This document shows positions 56,559 through 64,000 of a DNA stretch of 64,000 nt, in pieces (positions within the stretch are counted from its first letter, which is position 1; each line of letters begins with the position of its first letter). Made by a program: the position numbers and the translations under genes. Location: the NCBI GenBank assembly GCA_945860565.1, contig CAMAQS010000003.1:1933-65932 (forward strand). Direction: 5' to 3'. Under the pieces are notes generated by a model. It was not told the origin of the DNA and did no database searches. It saw only the letters and a list, made by a program, of their open reading frames with translations. Source of the stretch: Chitinophaga pinensis (GTDB taxonomy: Bacteria > Bacteroidota > Bacteroidia > NS11-12g > UBA955).

Positions 56559-56858
56559 ATGTTCGTTACATACGCCTTGTACTCTGCTATTTTCGACAAA
56601 ATCTATATCGGTTACACTTCAGACTTAATCGATAGATTTCATTCTCATAATCGTTTTGCAAACAAAGGATATACCACGAAATTTAGACCTTGGATTGTGG
56701 TACATGTCGAATTTTTTGACACTAAAGCTCAAGCTATGGCAAGCGAAAAACAACTTAAATCTAGACAAGGCCGATTATTCATTAGGAAGCAGATTCAGAT
56801 CCTAGGCTCATATCCGTCAGCTGACGGGCACAGGTTCGAGTCCTGTTCCCGCTACTAA
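56559..56858 (+). CDS. GIY-YIG nuclease family protein (small, URI domain)
   Basis: YALYSAIFDKIYIGYTSDLIDRFHSHN...W.VVHVEFF.TKAQAMASEKQLK matches the GIY-(x10)-YIG / R / E core. The last ~18 codons are read from tRNA-derived sequence. Confidence 0.8.
   Translation: MFVTYALYSAIFDKIYIGYTSDLIDRFHSHNRFANKGYTTKFRPWIVVHVEFFDTKAQAMASEKQLKSRQGRLFIRKQIQILGSYPSADGHRFESCSRY
56804..56854 (+). repeat. truncated tRNA-fMet 3'-half module, copy 2
   Basis: Differs from copy 1 at 2 of 51 nt. Its hairpin is the perfect palindrome CCGTCAGCTGACGG. Confidence 0.85.
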
Positions 56859-56865
56859 GTGAATC

Positions 56866-56897
56866 AAAATAGTCGTCAGTAATGGCGACTTTTTTTT
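56866..56897 (+). terminator. second copy of the terminator-like hairpin
   Basis: AGTCG...CGACT followed by a T8 run. Part of the ~90-bp direct repeat. Confidence 0.35.
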
Positions 56898-56902
56898 GTT
56901 TT

Positions 56903-56958
56903 AGGCTCATGTCCGTCAGTTGAAGAACACGGTTAAATGTGACTCCCCGTTCCGGCTA
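56903..56958 (+). repeat. truncated tRNA-fMet 3'-half module, copy 3 (degenerate)
   Basis: AGGCTCATGTCCGTCAGTTGAAGAACACGGTT...CCGTTCCGGCTA. The 5' part is conserved and the T-arm region has decayed. Confidence 0.6.
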
Positions 56959-57058
56959 CCACGAAAAAGTCTATTCCAACCGTATTCTTCAGTTCATTTC
57001 GATACACAACCTAATAATCCTACCTTCATCGAGGAAATTTGTAGGTCTCCGTAAATTT

Positions 57059-58252
57059 TTGTTACTTACACTTGTGCAAGTTTCTTTTTTGTTAATTTTT
57101 TCCATTATCATACTTGTGGGTTATTTGTTTGAGGTCTTATCCCCCAAAACAAGAATCCCAAACGTCATTATTTTACTGGGATTGGGAATGGTGTGTAAGG
57201 AATTGGCAGTTTTGGGAAATTGGAATGCTCCAAACTTTTCTTCTGTATTACCCGAATTGGGAACCATTGGCTTAATATTGATTGTTCTAGAAGGCTCATT
57301 GGAGTTAAAACTAACAAATGACAAAAAACCACTCCTAATTAAAACTTCATTGTTGGCATTTTTGTCTATTCTTACCCTTGCGGTAGGATTGAGTTTGCTA
57401 TTTACTTTTCAGGGATATACATTTCAACAGAGCATTGTAAATTCTATTCCCCTTGCCATTATAAGCAGTGCCATTGCCATTCCAACGGCCAAAATGTTAA
57501 GTTCAAAAGACAAAGAATTCGTGATTTTTGAAAGCAGCTTGTCAGACATCATAGGGGTAACGGTATTCAACTTTTTGATTGTTAACACCATCATTAATTT
57601 CGATAGTTTCATCCATTTTGCGTTAGAAATTGGAATTAGTATTCTATTTAGTGTAATTGGTGCCATTCTGTTAATCATCATTCTGAACCGCTTAAAACAC
57701 AAAATAAAATTCATACCCATCATAGCATTAATATTGATGCTATACGCCATTGCCAAAGGGTTTCACTTGCCAGCACTCATCTTGATATTGGTTTTTGGCT
57801 TGGTGGTTGGAAACATAGAACGAATAACACAAATATCCTTCTTAAAACAATTTAACCCTTCTCATTTGATTAGGGAAATTCATCGATTTGAAGAAATTAC
57901 CACCGAATTGACTTTTGTAGTCAGGGTTGCCTTTTTTGTGATTTTTGGATTTACAATAGACATTAATACAATACTTGAAATAAATACTTTGTTGTTGTCG
58001 CTTTCAATTTTTGCAATGATTCTTATTTTAAGAGTGTTGTTGTTACTGATTCTGCGATTGCCTGTATTTCCATTGGCTTTTATTGCACCAAGGGGATTAA
58101 TTACCATCTTGTTGTTTGTAAATATACCCCTTCATCTTTCTATTGATGGCGTAAATCAAACCATCATTACACAGGTAATTCTTTTAACTGCTTTGTATAT
58201 GATGTTTGCCACAATCTTTGTGAAAAAACCAGTTCCTCAGTCTACATTATAA
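57059..58252 (+). CDS. cation:proton antiporter (Na+/H+ exchanger family)
   Basis: About 12 hydrophobic helices. The longest ORF (GTG 56939) overlaps the degenerate tRNA fragment, so TTG 57059 or GTG 57074 is more plausible. Start uncertain. Confidence 0.7.
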   Translation: MLLTLVQVSFLLIFSIIILVGYLFEVLSPKTRIPNVIILLGLGMVCKELAVLGNWNAPNFSSVLPELGTIGLILIVLEGSLELKLTNDKKPLLIKTSLLAFLSILTLAVGLSLLFTFQGYTFQQSIVNSIPLAIISSAIAIPTAKMLSSKDKEFVIFESSLSDIIGVTVFNFLIVNTIINFDSFIHFALEIGISILFSVIGAILLIIILNRLKHKIKFIPIIALILMLYAIAKGFHLPALILILVFGLVVGNIERITQISFLKQFNPSHLIREIHRFEEITTELTFVVRVAFFVIFGFTIDINTILEINTLLLSLSIFAMILILRVLLLLILRLPVFPLAFIAPRGLITILLFVNIPLHLSIDGVNQTIITQVILLTALYMMFATIFVKKPVPQSTL

Positions 58253-59113
58253 GGTCTCAAAAAAGGCCAGTGCTTTTAATCCGTGATCATTCCAAAATTG
58301 GTAGTCGTGCTGTCCAAGATCAATGTCAAATTTCGCTTTAATAGCAGGTCTAAATACGAGCGAATCTTTGAATGCGATGCTGTTTTGTACTGAAACCATT
58401 TTATCTTGCAAACCATGGGACATATAAACAGGGATAGTCCACTTTGAAATATTCTGAAGGATGTTATTGGAACCGCTTACCCAGCGATATGGATATTTCC
58501 AATAGGGACCCAATGTGTTTTTAAAAAGCAAATCGGTAGTATCTAAATTGGGCGCATAATCACCACTTAAGCAACCTACGGCTTTAATTTCAGATCCATG
58601 TTCCAAGCCCAATAAGGCTGCACCCCGAGCACCAGTAGAAAGACCCAAAACGAATGTTCTCGATTCTGGAATAAAAAATCCAGTATTTTTATATGGCGAC
58701 AGCACTGAATCCCAAAGCCATGTTCTGGTGGGATAGGTAGCATAGTCTGCTCTACAGGTATTGTAAACACTGTCTAAATAAACACTCTTACCCATGTCTA
58801 CCAACAATACGTGATAACCCAATTCAGTTGCACGTTGGCACACTTTTGTTTTAAACTTCCAATCCAATACGGGTAAATTCCAACCGGGTAGAAGTAAAAT
58901 CAACCCACGATTTTTGGTGTGTTTTTTAGAAGTTAAGAAAAATACCTGAACTTTTGTTTTGCCGTAAAATTGAGAATAAGTGGTGTCATAAAATTTGGGA
59001 CCCTTTTCGATTGAAGTATTTAACTGTTTACCATCTTGAGTATTGCCAGAAATCAAAAAGAAGGCCAGAATACCCAATACAAAGAATGAAAAGAGGACAA
59101 TCAATACACGCAT
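58247..59113 (-). CDS. alpha/beta hydrolase (esterase-like), secreted
   Basis: N-terminal signal/TM segment, nucleophile elbow GLSTGA (GxSxG) and a downstream HG..D region. Confidence 0.6.
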   Translation of the reverse strand: MRVLIVLFSFFVLGILAFFLISGNTQDGKQLNTSIEKGPKFYDTTYSQFYGKTKVQVFFLTSKKHTKNRGLILLLPGWNLPVLDWKFKTKVCQRATELGYHVLLVDMGKSVYLDSVYNTCRADYATYPTRTWLWDSVLSPYKNTGFFIPESRTFVLGLSTGARGAALLGLEHGSEIKAVGCLSGDYAPNLDTTDLLFKNTLGPYWKYPYRWVSGSNNILQNISKWTIPVYMSHGLQDKMVSVQNSIAFKDSLVFRPAIKAKFDIDLGQHDYQFWNDHGLKALAFFETL

Positions 59114-59122
59114 GGGTATTTA

Positions 59123-60010
59123 TTATTCTGCGTCGTAGCCGTATTGACGAAGAAGGTTGTCATTGTTTCTCCAATCGTCACGGACTTTAACAAAAAGCTC
59201 AAGGAACACCTGTTTGCCAAAAAAGGTCTCTAAATCTAGTCTAGATTTAATGCCCAATTGTTTGATTTTTTGACCTGCAGTACCAATAATAATTGGTTTC
59301 TGGGAATCCCTCTCCACAATAATTTCACAGTTTAGCTTAAGTAATTTACTGCCTTCTTTAAAGCTTAAGGTCATTACTTCACAAGAGTAAGGAACCTCTT
59401 CAGAGTAAATTTTAAGAATGTTGTTTCGAATAATTTCATTGACAAAGAATCGTTCCGACCTGTCTGTTAACTGATCTTCAGGAAAGTAAGGCGGATGAAC
59501 AGGCAAATATTCAACCAAATAATTCTCTAATATGTCTGTATTAAATCCCTTTTCAGCAGAAATAGGAAGATAAATATCAGCTGCAAAATTTTCTTTGATT
59601 TCAATGAGTTTTGATTCAAGTTGTTCTTGGTTGCTTAAATCTACTTTGTTAATGGCAATAATTTTTTTGGATTTAGCTCCTTCGAATTTCGCTTTGATTT
59701 CTTCCGAAAATTTACTTGAAGTAATGTCTATAATGAGCACCAATATATCACTGTCTTTAACGCTTTCATTAACAAAATGCATCATCTTTTCGTGCATTTT
59801 ATAACTTGTTTTGGTTAAGACTCCTGGGGTGTCACTATAAACTATCTGATAACCGGGATTGTTTTTTACACCCAAAATTCTGTGCCGTGTTGTTTGAGCT
59901 TTGGGGTTTACTATGGCCAGCGCTTCGCCAAGTAAATGATTATACAAGGTACTTTTTCCTGCATTGGGCATGCCAATTATACTCACAAAACCACTTTTAA
60001 AATTATCCAT
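59123..60010 (-). CDS. era: GTPase Era
   Basis: G motifs GMPNAGKST, DTPG and NKVD, with a C-terminal KH domain. Confidence 0.95.
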   Translation of the reverse strand: MDNFKSGFVSIIGMPNAGKSTLYNHLLGEALAIVNPKAQTTRHRILGVKNNPGYQIVYSDTPGVLTKTSYKMHEKMMHFVNESVKDSDILVLIIDITSSKFSEEIKAKFEGAKSKKIIAINKVDLSNQEQLESKLIEIKENFAADIYLPISAEKGFNTDILENYLVEYLPVHPPYFPEDQLTDRSERFFVNEIIRNNILKIYSEEVPYSCEVMTLSFKEGSKLLKLNCEIIVERDSQKPIIIGTAGQKIKQLGIKSRLDLETFFGKQVFLELFVKVRDDWRNNDNLLRQYGYDAE

Positions 60011-60103
60011 AAATTGAATTCAAAGGTAATTCATATATTGTTGAAACTTGCTTGCGGAATTATTCTAAAAAAATTTGCGAAATATTTCTTAGTTTCACGA
60101 TTT

Positions 60104-61084
60104 ATGAATGTACGCCGTTTTCAAATTTTAACCTGTTTCCTTCTATTTTTCGCTCTACCAATCAACCTTTTTTCGCAAAATAAAAGTCCGCGCGGATTCA
60201 AAAATTTAAATTTATACAGAGAATTTGTAGCCAAATCCAGTAGGGTCTTCAATCCCCATGGCACAACGGCCAAAATCCGATATTCTTTATCACGGAAATA
60301 CACTGATAGTTTAATATTACCGAAGTCATATTCTCAGTCAAAATTGGTATTTCACGATGCGTTTGATAGTTTCAATTCGAACACATGGGGGGTTGGACAA
60401 CCTTGGGGGGTCTATCATCCCAGCTTTCCACATCAATATTATGGTGACAGCGAAGTATTTGTCAAAAACGGCTATTTATACTTATTAAATCAAAGTCGAA
60501 AAAAAACTTTTAATTCAAACACAAAAGATTCCATAACAATACCTTATGGTACAGGTTTAATCAATACATTTAAGTCAAATAGTTTCCAATATGGATATTT
60601 TGCTATACGTTGCAAAAACCCACAAGGTGCTGCTACTTGGCCTGCATTTTGGCTAACGGGGCGTTATCATTGGCCACCTGAAATTGATATTTTTGAAATG
60701 TACGGAAAAAAAGATGGGAGTACAGTTCACAAACAAATGATTACACTGCATCTGGGAGAAACCGAAAACAAATCGAAGAGGCAATTTGAACGTGGTTTTA
60801 AACTTCCAGCAAATACGGATACTAGTTTTCACATTTACAGTTGCGATTGGAATGATAAGCGCATACGCTTTTATACCGATGGCGTATATGTAAAATCGTT
60901 CCGATTAACTTCATGGATGAGGCAGTATTTTCAAGAGCCGATGTACTTAATTGTGAATAATGCTTTAGATCATCGATATTTAGAATATCTGCCCAAGGGA
61001 AAATTCAGTCAAGCCTTTGTGGTAGATTGGGTAAAAGTGTATCAAAATCCCAAGCAAATTCTTATTCCATCTTCCAAAGAATGA
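60104..61084 (+). CDS. glycoside hydrolase family 16 protein, secreted
   Basis: Start at MNVRRFQILTCFLLFFALPINLFSQ (signal peptide). Catalytic motif EIDIFE (ExDxxE) preceded by WPAFWL. Confidence 0.8.
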   Translation: MNVRRFQILTCFLLFFALPINLFSQNKSPRGFKNLNLYREFVAKSSRVFNPHGTTAKIRYSLSRKYTDSLILPKSYSQSKLVFHDAFDSFNSNTWGVGQPWGVYHPSFPHQYYGDSEVFVKNGYLYLLNQSRKKTFNSNTKDSITIPYGTGLINTFKSNSFQYGYFAIRCKNPQGAATWPAFWLTGRYHWPPEIDIFEMYGKKDGSTVHKQMITLHLGETENKSKRQFERGFKLPANTDTSFHIYSCDWNDKRIRFYTDGVYVKSFRLTSWMRQYFQEPMYLIVNNALDHRYLEYLPKGKFSQAFVVDWVKVYQNPKQILIPSSKE

Positions 61085-61944
61085 GGTTGATACCCTAGTT
61101 CTTTGGCCGCTTTATCTATTGAAAGTCCTGTTATTGGGGGACGTTTAGCGGGTTGATTTAGAGAAATACTGTCTACTTTTGAAATATTTTCCATTGAAAA
61201 TTGGTACATATTTGCAATTTTTTCTACCAATTCATAAATACTTAAATAATCTTTTCCTGCTATGTTATACACCTCATTATTTTGAGATTCAGCAGCCAAT
61301 TTGCACCCAATGGCCAAATCTTCAGCCAAAGTTGGGGTTCTGAATTGGTCAAATACCACTTTGGCTTGAGCACGTTTTTCCAAGGTATTAAATGCCCACA
61401 ACATGATATTGCTACGACTCATATCTGCTACCTTTCCATAGACTAAAACGGTTCTTAAAATGGCCCAATTATTGGCCTTTTCTTGAATAATTTTCTCCGC
61501 TTCTAATTTACTCCAACCATAATAACTCAATGGATTCGGGCTATCCTCTTCGGTATACATTTTTTTAGTACCATCAAAAATAAAGTCCGTGCTAATGTGT
61601 ACCAGTCTAAAAGACAAAGAATTAGACAATTCTACCAAATATTTCACCGCATTCACGTTTAAATCGAAGCATTTTTCTTTTTCTTTTTCACAATCATCTA
61701 CTTGCGTCATTGCAGCACCATGAATAACCACATCTGGTTTTACTTCATTTAGAATGTGTTCCAATTCTTGAAAGTTGGTTATGTCTAAACTTAAATAGGT
61801 GTATCCATCCTGAATAGGGTGTCTATTTGCTCCAATTCCTGTTGCGAAGAATTCTATATCGTTATTGTTAAGGTATAAATCTGTTAATTTTTGACCTAAT
61901 AAACCGTTACTACCTGTTACTAACACTTTCTTTTTCATGAGCAT
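61042..61944 (-). CDS. rfbD: dTDP-4-dehydrorhamnose reductase (RmlD-type SDR)
   Basis: VTGSNGLLG Rossmann motif and YGWSKLEAE catalytic YxxxK. Alternative start at 61938. The 3' end overlaps the GH16 gene by 43 nt. Confidence 0.8.
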   Translation of the reverse strand: MLMKKKVLVTGSNGLLGQKLTDLYLNNNDIEFFATGIGANRHPIQDGYTYLSLDITNFQELEHILNEVKPDVVIHGAAMTQVDDCEKEKEKCFDLNVNAVKYLVELSNSLSFRLVHISTDFIFDGTKKMYTEEDSPNPLSYYGWSKLEAEKIIQEKANNWAILRTVLVYGKVADMSRSNIMLWAFNTLEKRAQAKVVFDQFRTPTLAEDLAIGCKLAAESQNNEVYNIAGKDYLSIYELVEKIANMYQFSMENISKVDSISLNQPAKRPPITGLSIDKAAKELGYQPHSLEDGIRICLGF

Positions 61945-62033
61945 CTCTGAATTTGGTGTTCAAATTTCTATTAGATTCGGCGATATAACAAATCGAATAA
62001 TGATTGAGTGTTTAGAATATGTATTTTTGTGTT

Positions 62034-63038
62034 ATGAAATTTGTCACATTCATCCGTTCAAACAAAGAAGTTGCAGGAATTGTAGTAAATAACGAGGTTT
62101 TCCCATTGAATGAAATCAATCCAGAAATACCAGTTAGCATGAGAGAAATGCTAAACAAATGGGAAGAAATACTTCCACTTTGCAAAGAAATTGAGAAAAA
62201 AGCCTTGAACGGCGAATATACTTTAGGTTCCTTATTGTCCGATGTTTCATTGAAAGCGCCAATCCCAAACCCTACAAGTTGTCGCGATGGATATGCGTTT
62301 AGACAGCACGTAGCGGCAGCTAGGCGGAATAGAAAAGTCCCTATGATTGAGGAATTTGACCAATACCCTATTTTTTACTTCACCAATCACAATGCTGTGC
62401 AAGGTCCTGGAGAAATTCCTTGTATGCCAGACCATTTTAATAAATTAGACTTTGAATTAGAGGCGGCAATTGTAATAGGAAAAAAGGGAAGAAATATTAA
62501 GGCAGAAGAAGCAGACGCATTTATTGCAGGTTATATGATTATGAACGACATGAGTGCAAGAGCCCTGCAAATGGAAGAAATGTTGTTGAATTTGGGACCG
62601 GCAAAAGGCAAAGATTTTAGTACAGTAATTGGCCCATGGATGGTAACTCCTGATGAACTTGAACCCTTCAAAATATCCCCCAAAAAAGGACACATTGGAA
62701 ACAATTACGATTTATCCATGGAATGTTGGGTAAATGGTGAAAGGGTAAGCGAAGGAAATATGGGTGATATGGATTGGACATTTGCAGAAATCATAGAGAG
62801 ATGTGCCTATGGTGTAGATGTTTTGCCAGGTGATGTTATTGGCTCTGGAACTGTTGGAACAGGTTGTTTCCTTGAATTAAACGGAACTGGATTGTTAAAT
62901 GACCCCAATTATCAAGTACAATGGTTGAAGCCGAATGATACCGTTGAAATGAAAATAAAGGGATTGGGACACCTAAAAAATACCATTATTCAGGAGGGCA
63001 CTGAATTTTCATTATTTGCATTAAAAAAATCAATTTAA
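62034..63038 (+). CDS. fumarylacetoacetate hydrolase (FAH) family protein
   Basis: The C-terminal FAH fold pattern DFELEAAIVIG...NDMSAR...KGKDF...GDVIGSGTVG is typical. Start at MKFVTF (62034) or 62019. Confidence 0.8.
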   Translation: MKFVTFIRSNKEVAGIVVNNEVFPLNEINPEIPVSMREMLNKWEEILPLCKEIEKKALNGEYTLGSLLSDVSLKAPIPNPTSCRDGYAFRQHVAAARRNRKVPMIEEFDQYPIFYFTNHNAVQGPGEIPCMPDHFNKLDFELEAAIVIGKKGRNIKAEEADAFIAGYMIMNDMSARALQMEEMLLNLGPAKGKDFSTVIGPWMVTPDELEPFKISPKKGHIGNNYDLSMECWVNGERVSEGNMGDMDWTFAEIIERCAYGVDVLPGDVIGSGTVGTGCFLELNGTGLLNDPNYQVQWLKPNDTVEMKIKGLGHLKNTIIQEGTEFSLFALKKSI

Positions 63039-63115
63039 AACTTCACTCGACAAAACTCCTATTTTTAGCGAAACATTTTTTGCATTAACAAAATTTTAAT
63101 CAACTTTGATTTTTT

Positions 63116-63913
63116 ATGATAAATAACCACGAAATAGACTACAAATTACATGGCGAAGAAATGCAATGTGTAGAAATTGAATTAGATCCACAAGAAACTG
63201 TAATTGCAGAAGCTGGTAGTTTTATGTTTATGGACAACGGCATAGAAATGGAAACCATTTTTGGCGATGGAAGTAAACAGGACGGAGGATTACTAAGCAA
63301 AGTTTTGGGTGCTGGTAAACGTTTGTTGGTGGGTGAAAGTTTATTCATGACTGCCTTTACCAACCATGGTTACGAAAAAAGAAGAGTATCATTTGCGGCA
63401 CCTTACGCAGGTAAAATCGTTCCATTAAATTTAGCCCAACTTGGTGGAAAGGTTATTTGTCAAAAAGATGCCTTTTTATGCGCTGCAAAAGGGGTGAGTG
63501 TAGGCATTGAATTTCAACGAAAGCTTGGTACTGGATTATTTGGTGGGGAAGGTTTTATTATGGAGAAATTGGAAGGTGACGGAATGGCATTTGTTCATGC
63601 TGGAGGTTATATTATTGAAAAACAACTTATACCGGGAGAATCATTTAGGGTTGACACGGGTTGTATTGTGGCCTTTACCGGTGGCGTTAATTACGACATT
63701 CAGTTTGTTAAAGGGGTAAAAAATGTAATTTTCGGAGGCGAAGGTTTATTTTTTGTTGTATTGTCTGGCTCTGGTACTGTTTGGTTGCAAAGTTTACCAG
63801 TTAGTCGATTGGCTAGTCGAATTTTAAGCTATGCTAGACCAGGACACAGAAAAGAAGAAGGCAGTATTTTAGGCGGCTTGGGCAATTTGTTCGATGGGGA
63901 TGGTTTTAGATAA
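63116..63913 (+). CDS. AIM24/TIGR00266 family protein
   Basis: 265 aa. The pattern EAGSFMFMD...GESLFMT.F...GEGFIMEKLEGDGMAFVHAGG...LQSLP is typical of the AIM24 (DUF124) family. Confidence 0.7.
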   Translation: MINNHEIDYKLHGEEMQCVEIELDPQETVIAEAGSFMFMDNGIEMETIFGDGSKQDGGLLSKVLGAGKRLLVGESLFMTAFTNHGYEKRRVSFAAPYAGKIVPLNLAQLGGKVICQKDAFLCAAKGVSVGIEFQRKLGTGLFGGEGFIMEKLEGDGMAFVHAGGYIIEKQLIPGESFRVDTGCIVAFTGGVNYDIQFVKGVKNVIFGGEGLFFVVLSGSGTVWLQSLPVSRLASRILSYARPGHRKEEGSILGGLGNLFDGDGFR

Positions 63914-64000
63914 TTAAAACCAAAAAGACGCTTTTATAGCCAAACTTCTACCTCCCTGAATCCAGGTTTGTTGCATTGGTAATAGATTTAACTGATCCCA
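63914..64000 (-). CDS. 3' end of an ORF entering from the right window edge (possible OM beta-barrel C-terminus)
   Basis: The reverse frame is open from base 64000 to the TAA at 63916..63914. It encodes ...WIQGGRSLAIKASFWF with a terminal Phe. Only 28 codons are visible. Confidence 0.3.
   Translation of the reverse strand, partial: WDQLNLLPMQQTWIQGGRSLAIKASFWF

Noticed and set aside
56939-57058. The GTG 56939 start of the antiporter ORF.
   Set aside because: The first ~40 codons overlap the degenerate tRNA fragment and are hydrophilic and non-conserved in appearance. The hydrophobic transporter core begins after 57059.

Overview
AT-rich chromosomal segment that looks like a Bacteroidota (Flavobacteriia-like) genome. 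Supporting signs are two proteins with T9SS C-terminal sorting domains, TAnnTTTG-type -7 promoter boxes, and many outer-membrane and lipoprotein ORFs. Coding density is high and most genes are housekeeping: polA, ftsH, hflX, era, cysS, purD, prs, rplY, ssb, sodA, birA, rsfS, rsmE, rluB, msrB, kynU, rfbB and rfbD. The rest is mainly envelope functions: a GT2 plus ArnT-like pair, a PagL-like hydrolase, ExbB/ExbD, two MsbA-like ABC exporters, a putative porin and a large Calx-beta adhesin. Three intact tRNAs are present: Gln-TTG, Glu-TTC and initiator Met-CAT. I found no CRISPR array, rRNA, IS element, transposase, integrase or recognisable defence operon. The most unusual locus is 56.3-57.0 kb, where the intact initiator tRNA is followed by three truncated tRNA-fMet 3'-half copies and a ~90-bp direct repeat that bracket a small GIY-YIG nuclease ORF; that ORF ends inside tRNA-derived sequence. 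Secondary observations are listed here. (1) An RluB pseudouridine synthase carries a ~500-aa R/S/N/D-rich N-terminal extension with 117-bp in-frame tandem repeats. (2) In a DUF1800/DUF1501 pair, the DUF1501 protein combines a twin-arginine signal with a T9SS sorting domain. (3) A T10 homopolymer uncouples msrB from its likely ATG and signal peptide. (4) Several envelope gene clusters have no assignable function. All functional calls come from motif recognition by eye; no database search was run.
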